Shown here: one piece after another, positions 36,507 to 44,911 of the stretch
Position numbering within the stretch: position 1 is the stretch's first letter
Layout: each line of letters begins with the position of its first letter
Position numbers and translations under genes: made by a program
Notes under the pieces: model-generated
Database searches by the model: none
The model's input: the letters and a program-made list of their open reading frames with translations, nothing else
Told to the model about the DNA's origin: nothing
Source of the DNA: Candidatus Omnitrophota bacterium
GTDB taxonomy: Bacteria; Omnitrophota; Gorgyraeia; Gygaellales; Profunditerraquicolaceae
Length of the DNA: 64,000 nt
Reading direction: 5' to 3'
Assembly (NCBI GenBank): GCA_028716965.1
Contig: JAQUOV010000007.1
Location: 58,795-122,794, forward strand

Positions 36507-37436
36507 ATGAAGCAGCGTAGCTTGCCTTTGGTCACTAAATCTTTTGCCAAAATAAATCTTTATTTGCGGGTTTTAGGCAGGCGCAAAGATAATTTCCATA
36601 ACTTGGATACTTTATTTGTGCGCATTGACCTGGCTGATACAATTATCATTAAGGCCCGTAAGGATGATTTAATCAGGATTAAATGCGATAACAGGCATGT
36701 GCCAAGGGATGAAACCAATCTTTGTTTCCGCGCCGCAGAGTTATTAAGGCAGGCATTTAAGTTAAAGCTGGGTTTAGAGATAGAGATTAAAAAACATATA
36801 CCGGTTGGCGCGGGCCTGGGAGGAGGATCTTCCAACGCTGCCAGCGTTCTTTCGGGGTTGAATAAATACTGGCATTTGGATCTGACAAAAGAAAAGCTGG
36901 CAATCTTGGCAGCCAGGCTTGGCAGCGACGTCGCTTTTTTTATCCATGATATAAAGTTTGCTTTAGGCAGTAAGCGGGGGGATAAAATCAGGCCCCTTGA
37001 TTTTTTAGAAAAGACTAAGCTTTGGCTTATAGTGGTTTATCCAGGGATTAAGGTTTCTACCCCGCTGATTTATCAAAAATATGACCTTTTTCTTGCCGGA
37101 CAAAAGGCAGCCCTGCCTGCCTATAAGGGTATTTCCGGGTTGACAAGAAGGTTGCCTGATGCTAAAATACCTATTCTTGAATTGTTGAAAGATAGCTGCT
37201 GTATTGATTCAAAATACCTTTTCAACGATTTAGAAATCGTCACCAGCCGCCTTTATCCCGTTGTTAACAGGGTTAAGGACGCGCTTTTTGCAAAGGGATT
37301 GCAAAGAGTATTGATGTCCGGAAGCGGGCCGGCAGTATTTGCTGTCTGCGATTGCCGGGCACAGGCTCAAGATTTAAGCAATAAGCTGCGTAAAGAACAT
37401 AAATCCTGGCAGGTTTTTCTAAGCTCTGCGATTTAG
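36507..37436 (+). CDS. ispE: 4-diphosphocytidyl-2-C-methyl-D-erythritol kinase IspE
   Basis: KINLYLRVLGRR N-terminus. GHMP kinase motif PVGAGLGGGSSNAA. Confidence 0.8.
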   Translation: MKQRSLPLVTKSFAKINLYLRVLGRRKDNFHNLDTLFVRIDLADTIIIKARKDDLIRIKCDNRHVPRDETNLCFRAAELLRQAFKLKLGLEIEIKKHIPVGAGLGGGSSNAASVLSGLNKYWHLDLTKEKLAILAARLGSDVAFFIHDIKFALGSKRGDKIRPLDFLEKTKLWLIVVYPGIKVSTPLIYQKYDLFLAGQKAALPAYKGISGLTRRLPDAKIPILELLKDSCCIDSKYLFNDLEIVTSRLYPVVNRVKDALFAKGLQRVLMSGSGPAVFAVCDCRAQAQDLSNKLRKEHKSWQVFLSSAI

Positions 37437-37496
37437 ATCAGCGCTAGCCTGCCTATTTATTCTGCTACCGGCAGACAAGCGGCAGGGAGGTAAGCG

Positions 37497-37886
37497 ATGG
37501 AAATAACAGAAGTTAGGATAGTATTGAAGGATTCACCGGATAAGAAATTAAGAGCATATGCCACGGTTACTTTTGACAATGTTTTTGTGGTGAGAAATAT
37601 CAAGGTTATTGAAGGCTCTACAGGTTTGTTCATCGCTATGCCTTCCCGTAAAGTAAAACACCCTTGCCCGAAGTGCTCTTTTAAGAATGAATTGCGCAGT
37701 AAGTATTGCAACCAATGCGCCGCTGTTTTACCGGTTGAGGCTAGCCCGCAGCGCATGGAAGAGCCGGCAGGCAACCAGTCCGAGCATAAGGATATAGCCC
37801 ATCCTATAACACAGCAGTTTAGAGAGTGTTTGCAGAAAAAGGTCCTTGAGGCCTACGATTTGGAGAAAAACAGGCTTAAAGCATAA
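37497..37886 (+). CDS. spoVG: SpoVG-family protein with an inserted CxxC...CxxC zinc-ribbon segment
   Basis: [10 protein letters not shown]...[21 protein letters not shown] and DIAHPIT match SpoVG. About 38 extra residues ([25 protein letters not shown]...) sit between them. Confidence 0.75.
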   Translation: MEITEVRIVLKDSPDKKLRAYATVTFDNVFVVRNIKVIEGSTGLFIAMPSRKVKHPCPKCSFKNELRSKYCNQCAAVLPVEASPQRMEEPAGNQSEHKDIAHPITQQFRECLQKKVLEAYDLEKNRLKA

Positions 37887-37981
37887 CTTTGCCCGGTAGC
37901 GCAATGTAGCACATCAGAATTTTTGAGCCCTGTATTAGCCATAGGCGAAATCCTGCGCTGAAGGCGCAGGAGCGTCTGACT

Positions 37982-38052
37982 GAAAAAGAACTGGGACGTC
38001 GTCCAATGGTAGGACTCCAGAATTTGGGTCTGGCTATTATGGTTCGAGTCCA
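37982..38052 (+). tRNA. tRNA-Gln (anticodon TTG), U1:A72 type
   Basis: Manual cloverleaf: acceptor TGGGACG/CGTCCCA, D-arm GTCCAATGGTAGGAC, anticodon loop ATTTGGG, T-arm TATGGTTCGAGTCCATA. Confidence 0.75.
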
Positions 38053-38153
38053 TACGTCCCAATAAAAATAAATTACTGGCAAGGTCCTTAGCCCTTATCG
38101 GTGCTAAGGACGATTTCTCGCTTAAGCTGGAAATCGATTTTTGCCGGGCAACC

Positions 38154-39419
38154 ATGAAAAACATGAAAAAGGATATAGCGGTAATAATCCTGGCGGCGGG
38201 AAAAAGTACGCGTATGAAATCCGATACGCCCAAGGTGCTGCATAATCTTTGCGGCCGGCCTATGCTGGGCTATGTTTTGGATTTGGTCGCTTCCTTGAAA
38301 CCCAAGCAGGTAGTTGCGGTCTTAGGGTTTAAACAAGAGCTGGTGCGTAAGATTATCCCTAAAGGGGTAAGAATAACCATCCAGAAGAAGCTGCTTGGTA
38401 CCGCGGATGCGGTAAAAACCGGCCTGATGGCTTTAAAAGGGTTTAAAGGCGCTGTGCTTGTCCTTTACGGGGATAACCCGCTTTTGAAGAAAGAAACGCT
38501 TAAGAAGCTCCTGGAGTATCATATAGAAAACAATATTGATGCCACGCTATTAACAGCGCAATTAAAGAAACCTTCCGGATACGGGAGGATAATCCGCGAT
38601 AGATATTTCAGTATCTGCGGCATAGTTGAGGAAAAAGATGCCGATGAAGTGCAAAAGGATATAAAAGAGATCAATACCGGGATCATGGCATTTAAAAAAG
38701 AAAGCCTGTCCGGGAATTTAAAATATATCCGCGCTGATAACCGCAAGAAAGAATATTACCTGACCGATATAATCGGCATTTTAGCCAAAAAGAAATACCT
38801 GGTTGACGGATTAAAGGTTGATAATTCCCGGGAGGCGCTGGGGATTAATACGCGGGAGGAGTTGGCTAAAGCCAATTCCCTTATGCAGGAGAGGATTAAT
38901 GAAAAATTGATGCAGGCCGGCGTAACCATAGTTGATCCGGCATCTACTTTTATTAATTTTGGTACGGCGATCGGCACAGATACGGTGATTTATCCCTTTA
39001 CAGTAATTGAAAGGGGTGTTAAAATTGGAAAACGTTGTTCAGTGGGTCCTTTCGCGCACCTGCGTGAAGGTACCGAGCTGAAAGATGATGTGACAGCCGG
39101 TAACTTTATTGAGATGGTGCGCTCCAAGATCGGCGCCAAGACATTCGTAAAACACTTTTCTTATCTCGGGGATAGCGTTATCGGTTCCTGCGTGAATATC
39201 GGAGCAGGTACGGTCACGGCTAATTTCGATGGCCTAAGAAAGAATAATACGGTTATCAAGAACAGGGCATATATTGGTTCGGATACTATAATTGTTGCTC
39301 CGGCAAAAATCGGCAGGTCAGCACTTACCGGGGCAGGCTCGGTAATTACTAAAAATATCCCGGATAATACGGTTGTCGTAGGAGTACCGGCGAAAATCTT
39401 AAGGAAACAGGGGAGATAG
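38154..39419 (+). CDS. glmU: Bifunctional GlcNAc-1-P uridyltransferase / GlcN-1-P acetyltransferase GlmU
   Basis: N-terminal LAAGKSTRMKS nucleotidyltransferase motif. C-terminal left-handed beta-helix hexapeptide repeats. Confidence 0.8.
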   Translation: MKNMKKDIAVIILAAGKSTRMKSDTPKVLHNLCGRPMLGYVLDLVASLKPKQVVAVLGFKQELVRKIIPKGVRITIQKKLLGTADAVKTGLMALKGFKGAVLVLYGDNPLLKKETLKKLLEYHIENNIDATLLTAQLKKPSGYGRIIRDRYFSICGIVEEKDADEVQKDIKEINTGIMAFKKESLSGNLKYIRADNRKKEYYLTDIIGILAKKKYLVDGLKVDNSREALGINTREELAKANSLMQERINEKLMQAGVTIVDPASTFINFGTAIGTDTVIYPFTVIERGVKIGKRCSVGPFAHLREGTELKDDVTAGNFIEMVRSKIGAKTFVKHFSYLGDSVIGSCVNIGAGTVTANFDGLRKNNTVIKNRAYIGSDTIIVAPAKIGRSALTGAGSVITKNIPDNTVVVGVPAKILRKQGR

Positions 39420-39421
39420 AT

Positions 39422-40360
39422 ATGGACAAATTAGCTATTTTCAGCGGTAATGCAAATCTTGTTTTGGCTAAGGATATCTGTAAAGATTTAAAAGTTAAAT
39501 TGCAGGATGCCCTGGTGGGCAGGTTCAGCGAAGGCGAGATCCGGGTAAAGATCAACGAGAATGTACGCGGTAAAGACGTTTTTATAGTACAGCCGACCTG
39601 TCCGCCGTCTAATGATAACCTTATGGAGCTATTGATTATGATTGATGCGCTGCGCCGCGCATCCGCCCAGAGGATTACCGCGGTTATCCCGTATTTTGGT
39701 TATGCGCGCCAGGACAGGAAGGACCAGCCGCGCGTGCCCATTACCGCTAAGTTAGTGGCTAACCTTTTGACCATTGCCGGTGCAAACCGTATTTTAACCA
39801 TGGATTTACACGCCGGCCAGATCCAGGGGTTTTTTGATATCCCGGTTGACCATCTTTTTTCCGTCGGCGTGTTCGTGGATTATTTCTCCAAAATGAATAT
39901 CAAGGATTTGGTTGTCGTTTCGCCTGATGTGGGCAGTATCAAAATGGCCAGGGCTTATGCTAAAAGGGTTTCATCGGGCCTGGCCATCATCGATAAGCGC
40001 CGGGTCTCTCCGGAAAAAGCCGAGGCAGTGCATATCATGGGCGAGGTAGAAGGCAAGAACGTGATCATTATCGATGATTTGATTGCTACAGGCAGCTCGC
40101 TGATTGAAGCGGTGGAGGCATTGAAGAAAGCCGGGGCCAGGGCTATTTACGCGGCGATTGCCCACGGTATCCTGTCCGGTCCGGCAATCCAGCGTATTGA
40201 CCAGTGCAAAGATCTGGAGAAACTGCTTGTTTCCGACAGCGTGCCTTTATCCGGGGATAAGCAACATGCTAAGATCCAGGTGCTTTCAGTAGCCAGTCTT
40301 TTGGCCGAAGCGATAAAAAGAATACATAATGAAGAGTCAGTCAGCTGTTTATTTGATTAA
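39422..40360 (+). CDS. prs: Ribose-phosphate pyrophosphokinase
   Basis: The ...DLHAGQIQGFFDIPVD... region and the PRPP-binding loop VIIIDDLIATGSS. Confidence 0.9.
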   Translation: MDKLAIFSGNANLVLAKDICKDLKVKLQDALVGRFSEGEIRVKINENVRGKDVFIVQPTCPPSNDNLMELLIMIDALRRASAQRITAVIPYFGYARQDRKDQPRVPITAKLVANLLTIAGANRILTMDLHAGQIQGFFDIPVDHLFSVGVFVDYFSKMNIKDLVVVSPDVGSIKMARAYAKRVSSGLAIIDKRRVSPEKAEAVHIMGEVEGKNVIIIDDLIATGSSLIEAVEALKKAGARAIYAAIAHGILSGPAIQRIDQCKDLEKLLVSDSVPLSGDKQHAKIQVLSVASLLAEAIKRIHNEESVSCLFD

Positions 40361-40379
40361 TTAAAGAAAGGCAAGGAAA

Positions 40380-41090
40380 ATGGAAGAGATATTTTTAGAA
40401 GCAGAATTAAGAGACGCAAAAGGCAGCGCCAAGGCCAGGGAATTAAGGAATAGCGGTTATTTACCGTCAGTGGTTTATTTCCATGGCAAAGAGGCTTTAT
40501 CCATAAAGTTTCCTAAAAGCACGCTTTTAAAGCTGGTACATCAGCATCATCTGGAAAGCGTTATCATTAACCTCAAGATCAAGGATGATAAAAAAGCCAA
40601 AGGCCGCCCTTGCCTGGTTAAAGAGATACAGTACGACCCGGTGAGCGAGGATATTATGCACGTGGATTTTAACGAGATATCCTTAACGGAGGCGATTAAG
40701 GTCAATGTTTCTATCGAAGTTAAAGGCGAAGCTGTTGGTGTTAAGCAGGAGGGCGGATCTTTAGAGCATATACTTTGGGAGATCGAAGTGGAATGTTTGC
40801 CGACAAATATCCCTAAAAATATTGAAGTAGATATTTCCGCGCTTAAGATGGGAGAGGTTATCCATGTTAAGGATATAGTTTTCCCCGCGGGAGTCAAGCC
40901 TTTAAATGACCCCGATGCAATTGTTTTACATGTGGTTGAGCCGATGAAGGAAGAGGTGCCGGTAGAGGCAGTTGAAGGTGAAGATAAACAGGAACCGGAG
41001 GTAATTAAAGAGAAGAAAGAGGTCCCTGCCGAGGGTGCAGCCGCATCAGAAGAGGCTAAAGGAAAAGATAAAGATAAGGACAAGAAATAA
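40380..41090 (+). CDS. rplY: 50S ribosomal protein L25 / general stress protein Ctc (long form)
   Basis: N-terminal bL25 fold with an acidic, Lys-rich C-terminal extension. Confidence 0.85.
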   Translation: MEEIFLEAELRDAKGSAKARELRNSGYLPSVVYFHGKEALSIKFPKSTLLKLVHQHHLESVIINLKIKDDKKAKGRPCLVKEIQYDPVSEDIMHVDFNEISLTEAIKVNVSIEVKGEAVGVKQEGGSLEHILWEIEVECLPTNIPKNIEVDISALKMGEVIHVKDIVFPAGVKPLNDPDAIVLHVVEPMKEEVPVEAVEGEDKQEPEVIKEKKEVPAEGAAASEEAKGKDKDKDKK

Positions 41091-41126
41091 CGCTTTGGGG
41101 GACCAAAGAAGGATAGCAGATAGGGG

Positions 41127-41747
41127 TTGCGGGTGAAGATAATTGTAGGCTTAGGTAACCCCGGGTTAGTTTATGCGGGTTCTCGGCACAATATCGGTTT
41201 TATGGTGGTTAAGTCTTTAGCCCGGGGCTTAAAAGTTGCTCTTAAAAAAGATGGCTCAGCTCCGGTTTTAGTTGGGAGAACCTGCTTCCGGCAGCATGAT
41301 TTGATATTAGCTTTGCCGCTGACTTTTATGAATTTAAGCGGCATAGCAGTTAAAGCCCTGCTTAAGAAGTTTAAGGCGGATGCGCCGGATCTTTTGGTGG
41401 TCTGTGATGACCTGGATCTGGAACTGGGCAGGATTAAGCTGCGGCCGCACGGCTCAAGCGCCGGGCAGCGGGGGATTGTTTCCATCATTGAACAACTGGG
41501 AACGCAAAACTTTAACCGCTTGCGCATCGGTATCGGCCGGCCGAAAAGAACTACAGATGCTGCGCGATATGTGCTCTCGGGGTTTTTACGTAAAGAAAAA
41601 GCGGCTGTTGAGCAAGCAAAAGAAGAAGCCGCCAGCTGTTGTTTGAGTTGGGTGGAAAAGGGAGTAACCAAGACTATGAGCAGTTTTAACGCAGGCCCGT
41701 CTGTCGACAGGCAGGGGCTGTGTTCCTGCAGGGATAGCAAAAATTAG
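41127..41747 (+). CDS. pth: Peptidyl-tRNA hydrolase
   Basis: IVGLGNPG...RHNIGF N-terminal motif. TTG/GTG start. Confidence 0.88.
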   Translation: MRVKIIVGLGNPGLVYAGSRHNIGFMVVKSLARGLKVALKKDGSAPVLVGRTCFRQHDLILALPLTFMNLSGIAVKALLKKFKADAPDLLVVCDDLDLELGRIKLRPHGSSAGQRGIVSIIEQLGTQNFNRLRIGIGRPKRTTDAARYVLSGFLRKEKAAVEQAKEEAASCCLSWVEKGVTKTMSSFNAGPSVDRQGLCSCRDSKN

Positions 41748-41768
41748 TTAACAGAAAGAGGGTGGGGG

Positions 41769-42059
41769 ATGAATAAGTATGAAGCAATGGTGATTGTCAA
41801 ACCGGATTTATCCGACGAAGATAAGAAAAATCTATTTAAACAGATTGATGATGCGGTAGTCAAGAATAGCGGCCAGATTTCCCAGTCATCGGTATGGGCA
41901 GAAAGGCGAAAATTATATTTTCCCATTAAAAAATTCCAGGAGGGGATTTATTATCTGGTAGCTTTTACTGCTCCTGCGCAGGCGATTAAGGAGATACGCA
42001 ACATTTATAAGCTTAATGAGAATATCCTGAGGGTTTTATTTACCCGTATGGATATTTAA
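41769..42059 (+). CDS. rpsF: 30S ribosomal protein S6
   Basis: MNKYEAMVIVKPDLSDE start typical of bS6. Confidence 0.85.
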   Translation: MNKYEAMVIVKPDLSDEDKKNLFKQIDDAVVKNSGQISQSSVWAERRKLYFPIKKFQEGIYYLVAFTAPAQAIKEIRNIYKLNENILRVLFTRMDI

Positions 42060-42128
42060 TCCGGCAAGCGGCGGCTGATCCGCTGTGTTTATCAGGTTTC
42101 CCCGGATAGAAGGTTAAGGAGGATTTAT

Positions 42129-42593
42129 ATGGCTAGTTATAACAAGGTATTATTGATGGGTAACCTTACCAAGGACCCGGAGTTACGCTATACTCCGCAA
42201 GGTACTGCGGTAGTTAATCTGCGCCTGGCGGTAAACCGTAAATACCGTACAAAAGAACAAGAGCTGAAAGAGGAGGTTTGTTTTATAACCGCGGTGGTTT
42301 GGAACAAGCAGGCAGAAACCTGTAACCAATATTTACATAAAGGCAGCGGTGTTTTTGTCGAAGGAAGATTGCAGTCCCGCTCATGGGAGGATAATACCGG
42401 AGCAAAGCGATCGGTAATTGAAGTCAGGGCGGAACGCGTGCAGTTTATGGGTGCGCCTGGCCAGGGAAGAACAGCCGGCCAAGCCAGCCAGACGCATGCA
42501 GAAGCAATGGTTGATGAGCAGCCCAGCAGTGAGTCATCCTGGCTTGCAGAGGGCTTGGATGAAACCATCCCTTCTGAAGATGGGCAAAATTAA
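42129..42593 (+). CDS. ssb: Single-stranded DNA-binding protein
   Basis: OB-fold N-terminus (NKVLLMGNLTKDPELRYTPQG). Gly/Gln-rich acidic tail. Confidence 0.85.
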   Translation: MASYNKVLLMGNLTKDPELRYTPQGTAVVNLRLAVNRKYRTKEQELKEEVCFITAVVWNKQAETCNQYLHKGSGVFVEGRLQSRSWEDNTGAKRSVIEVRAERVQFMGAPGQGRTAGQASQTHAEAMVDEQPSSESSWLAEGLDETIPSEDGQN

Positions 42594-42661
42594 GAGATTT
42601 ACCGGCAAGCAGAGAAGAAAGTTTAAATTAAAGACAATAAAAATAATGACGGGGGACAGAT

Positions 42662-42937
42662 ATGAAAGTTAAGGCTAAAGGGTTCGGTAAAGATAAAAAG
42701 ATTATCCGGAAGAAAAAGGACCTGCTGGGTCCTGCAAGAAAAAGGTTCTGCCGGTTCTGCGCGGATAAATTAGGCAGCATTGATTATAAAGATATTAAAA
42801 GGCTGGAGGTTTTTATTACCGAAAAAGGCAAGATCGTTTCCAGCCGTTTTTCCGGAAATTGCGCCAGGCATCAAAGAAGGATCAGGGAGCTGATCAATAA
42901 GGCCAGATTTATTTCCCTGCTTCCTTATACCCGTTAG
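42662..42937 (+). CDS. rpsR: 30S ribosomal protein S18
   Basis: FCRFC...IDYKD...RISGLCARHQR pattern. Confidence 0.88.
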   Translation: MKVKAKGFGKDKKIIRKKKDLLGPARKRFCRFCADKLGSIDYKDIKRLEVFITEKGKIVSSRFSGNCARHQRRIRELINKARFISLLPYTR

Positions 42938-42942
42938 GCAAG

Positions 42943-43386
42943 ATGGAAGTTATTTTAATTAAAGACGTAGAGAAGATCGGCAAGGCAGGCTCAGTGGTCA
43001 AAGTAAAAGAAGGGTTTGCCAGGAATTTCCTCTTTCCCCATAATTTAGCCAAAGTTGCCACTCCGGGGACGCTGAAGCAGCTGGAAAAGGAAAAGCAGGT
43101 TAAATCAGCGCAATATGCTAAGGCCAAAGAAGAATCGGAAGAGGTTAAAAAACGCCTGAGCGAGCTTTCTTTGACTATCTCCGCCCTGACTCAAGGGGAA
43201 GAGAATCTGTATGGCAGCATCAGCGCGCATGATGTAGCCGCTGCTTTGAAGGAAGAAGGTTTTATCATAGATAAAAGCGCTATTGATTTGCCTGAGCCGA
43301 TAAAATCTTTAGGTATTTATGAGATGCCCGTTAAGCTGCATCCGGAGGTAATCGCAACGGTCAAACTCTGGGTGGTTAAGAAATAA
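42943..43386 (+). CDS. rplI: 50S ribosomal protein L9
   Basis: MEVILIKDVEKIGKAG...GFARNFLFP N-terminus. Confidence 0.88.
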   Translation: MEVILIKDVEKIGKAGSVVKVKEGFARNFLFPHNLAKVATPGTLKQLEKEKQVKSAQYAKAKEESEEVKKRLSELSLTISALTQGEENLYGSISAHDVAAALKEEGFIIDKSAIDLPEPIKSLGIYEMPVKLHPEVIATVKLWVVKK

Positions 43387-43483
43387 GTGAACGTAAGGTA
43401 TCTGCGTGAAGTTATCCTGCTTCCTGTATCTAATAAGGATATGGCGGGATAAGCGTCCCAAGCTTTAGGAGAGTTCATTCAAT

Positions 43484-44836
43484 ATGCCGCAGGAATTAAT
43501 TTTAGATAAACTCCCCCCGCAAAATCTTGACGCCGAGATGGCCGTATTGGGGTCCATGCTTCTGGATGAAGAAGCGGTTTCGGTTGCCGTTGAGAAATTG
43601 GATGCGGGATGTTTTTATAAGGATACCCACAGGAAAATATTCCAGAAAATAAGCGAACTTTATAACGCCAACAAGGCCATAGATTTAATCACGCTTGCCG
43701 ACGCCCTGAAGAAGGACAACTCTCTTGATGAAATAGGAGGGGTAAGTTACCTTACCTCTTTGGCCAACGCTGTCCCTACAGCCGCCAACATCAATCATTA
43801 CGCCGGCATTGTGCGGGAAAAATATATCTTAAGGAGTTTAATCAATAATTCTACCAAGATCATAACCGTCTGCCATGAGAGCGAGGGTAATATAGCCGAG
43901 GTTGTGGATACAGCCGAAAGGCTTATCTTTGAAGTAAGCGACCGCAAAAATCAAGGGTCTTATTTACACCTCAAGGAGATCGTAAAGGATTCAATTGAAA
44001 CTATTGACAGGCTTTATCAGAATAAAGCGCACGTTACCGGCATCCCCACAGGTTATATAGATTTTGATATTAAAACAGCGGGCCTGCAGCCTTCAGATCT
44101 AATTATTGTAGCAGGACGGCCTTCAATGGGCAAGAGCGCTTTTGCCCTGGGAATAGCCGAATACGCCGGAGTTATTGAAAAGGTGCCTACTGCCATCTTC
44201 AGCTTGGAGATGTCCAAGGAGCAACTGGTGCAGAGGATGCTCTGTTCGCACGCGCGGGTTGACGCGCACAAGGTAAGGACCGGTTACCTGGCTACCAGCG
44301 ATTGGCCGCGCCTGACCGCAGCAGCAGGGAAGCTTTCCGATGCCCCCATATTCATTGACGATACCCCGGCGATATCCGTAATGGAATTACGCGCCAGGGC
44401 GCGCCGTTTAAAATCGCACCATGGCATAAAATTGATTATCCTGGATTACATGCAGTTGATGCGAGGCTCAGCGATGAATATGGAAAGCAGGCAGCAGGAG
44501 ATTTCGGAGATCTCGCGGTCGCTGAAAGCCCTGGCCAGGGAATTAAGTGTTCCGGTTATTGCTATCAGCCAGTTATCGCGAGCAGTAGAATCGCGCACAG
44601 ACCACAGGCCGCAGCTTTCGGATTTAAGGGAGTCCGGGGCTATTGAGCAGGATGCCGACGTTGTCGTATTGATTTTAAGGGAAGAGTATTATAATCCTTC
44701 TCCCGATAACCAGGGCATAGCGGAAGCTATTATCGCCAAACAGCGTAATGGCCCGGTGGGTTCTTTGAAGCTGGCTTTTATTAAGGAGTTTACCAGGTTT
44801 GACAACTTATCCAGGGTGGATAGTTCATCGGAGTAA
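43484..44836 (+). CDS. dnaB: Replicative DNA helicase DnaB
   Basis: N-terminal DnaB domain (PQNLDAEMAVLGSML). RecA-like domain with Walker A GRPSMGKSAF. Confidence 0.9.
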   Translation: MPQELILDKLPPQNLDAEMAVLGSMLLDEEAVSVAVEKLDAGCFYKDTHRKIFQKISELYNANKAIDLITLADALKKDNSLDEIGGVSYLTSLANAVPTAANINHYAGIVREKYILRSLINNSTKIITVCHESEGNIAEVVDTAERLIFEVSDRKNQGSYLHLKEIVKDSIETIDRLYQNKAHVTGIPTGYIDFDIKTAGLQPSDLIIVAGRPSMGKSAFALGIAEYAGVIEKVPTAIFSLEMSKEQLVQRMLCSHARVDAHKVRTGYLATSDWPRLTAAAGKLSDAPIFIDDTPAISVMELRARARRLKSHHGIKLIILDYMQLMRGSAMNMESRQQEISEISRSLKALARELSVPVIAISQLSRAVESRTDHRPQLSDLRESGAIEQDADVVVLILREEYYNPSPDNQGIAEAIIAKQRNGPVGSLKLAFIKEFTRFDNLSRVDSSSE

Positions 44837-44911
44837 GTTATCCGGCCAGGCGTTGTAATAAATAGATAAAATATTTGATTTAAACAGCCCGTTCCTATAT
44901 AATAACCATAA

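Noticed and set aside
40547-41740. Long minus-strand ORFs (178 and 189 aa) antisense to rplY and pth
   Set aside because: Low-complexity Ser/Thr-rich translations opposite conserved genes. No RBS.
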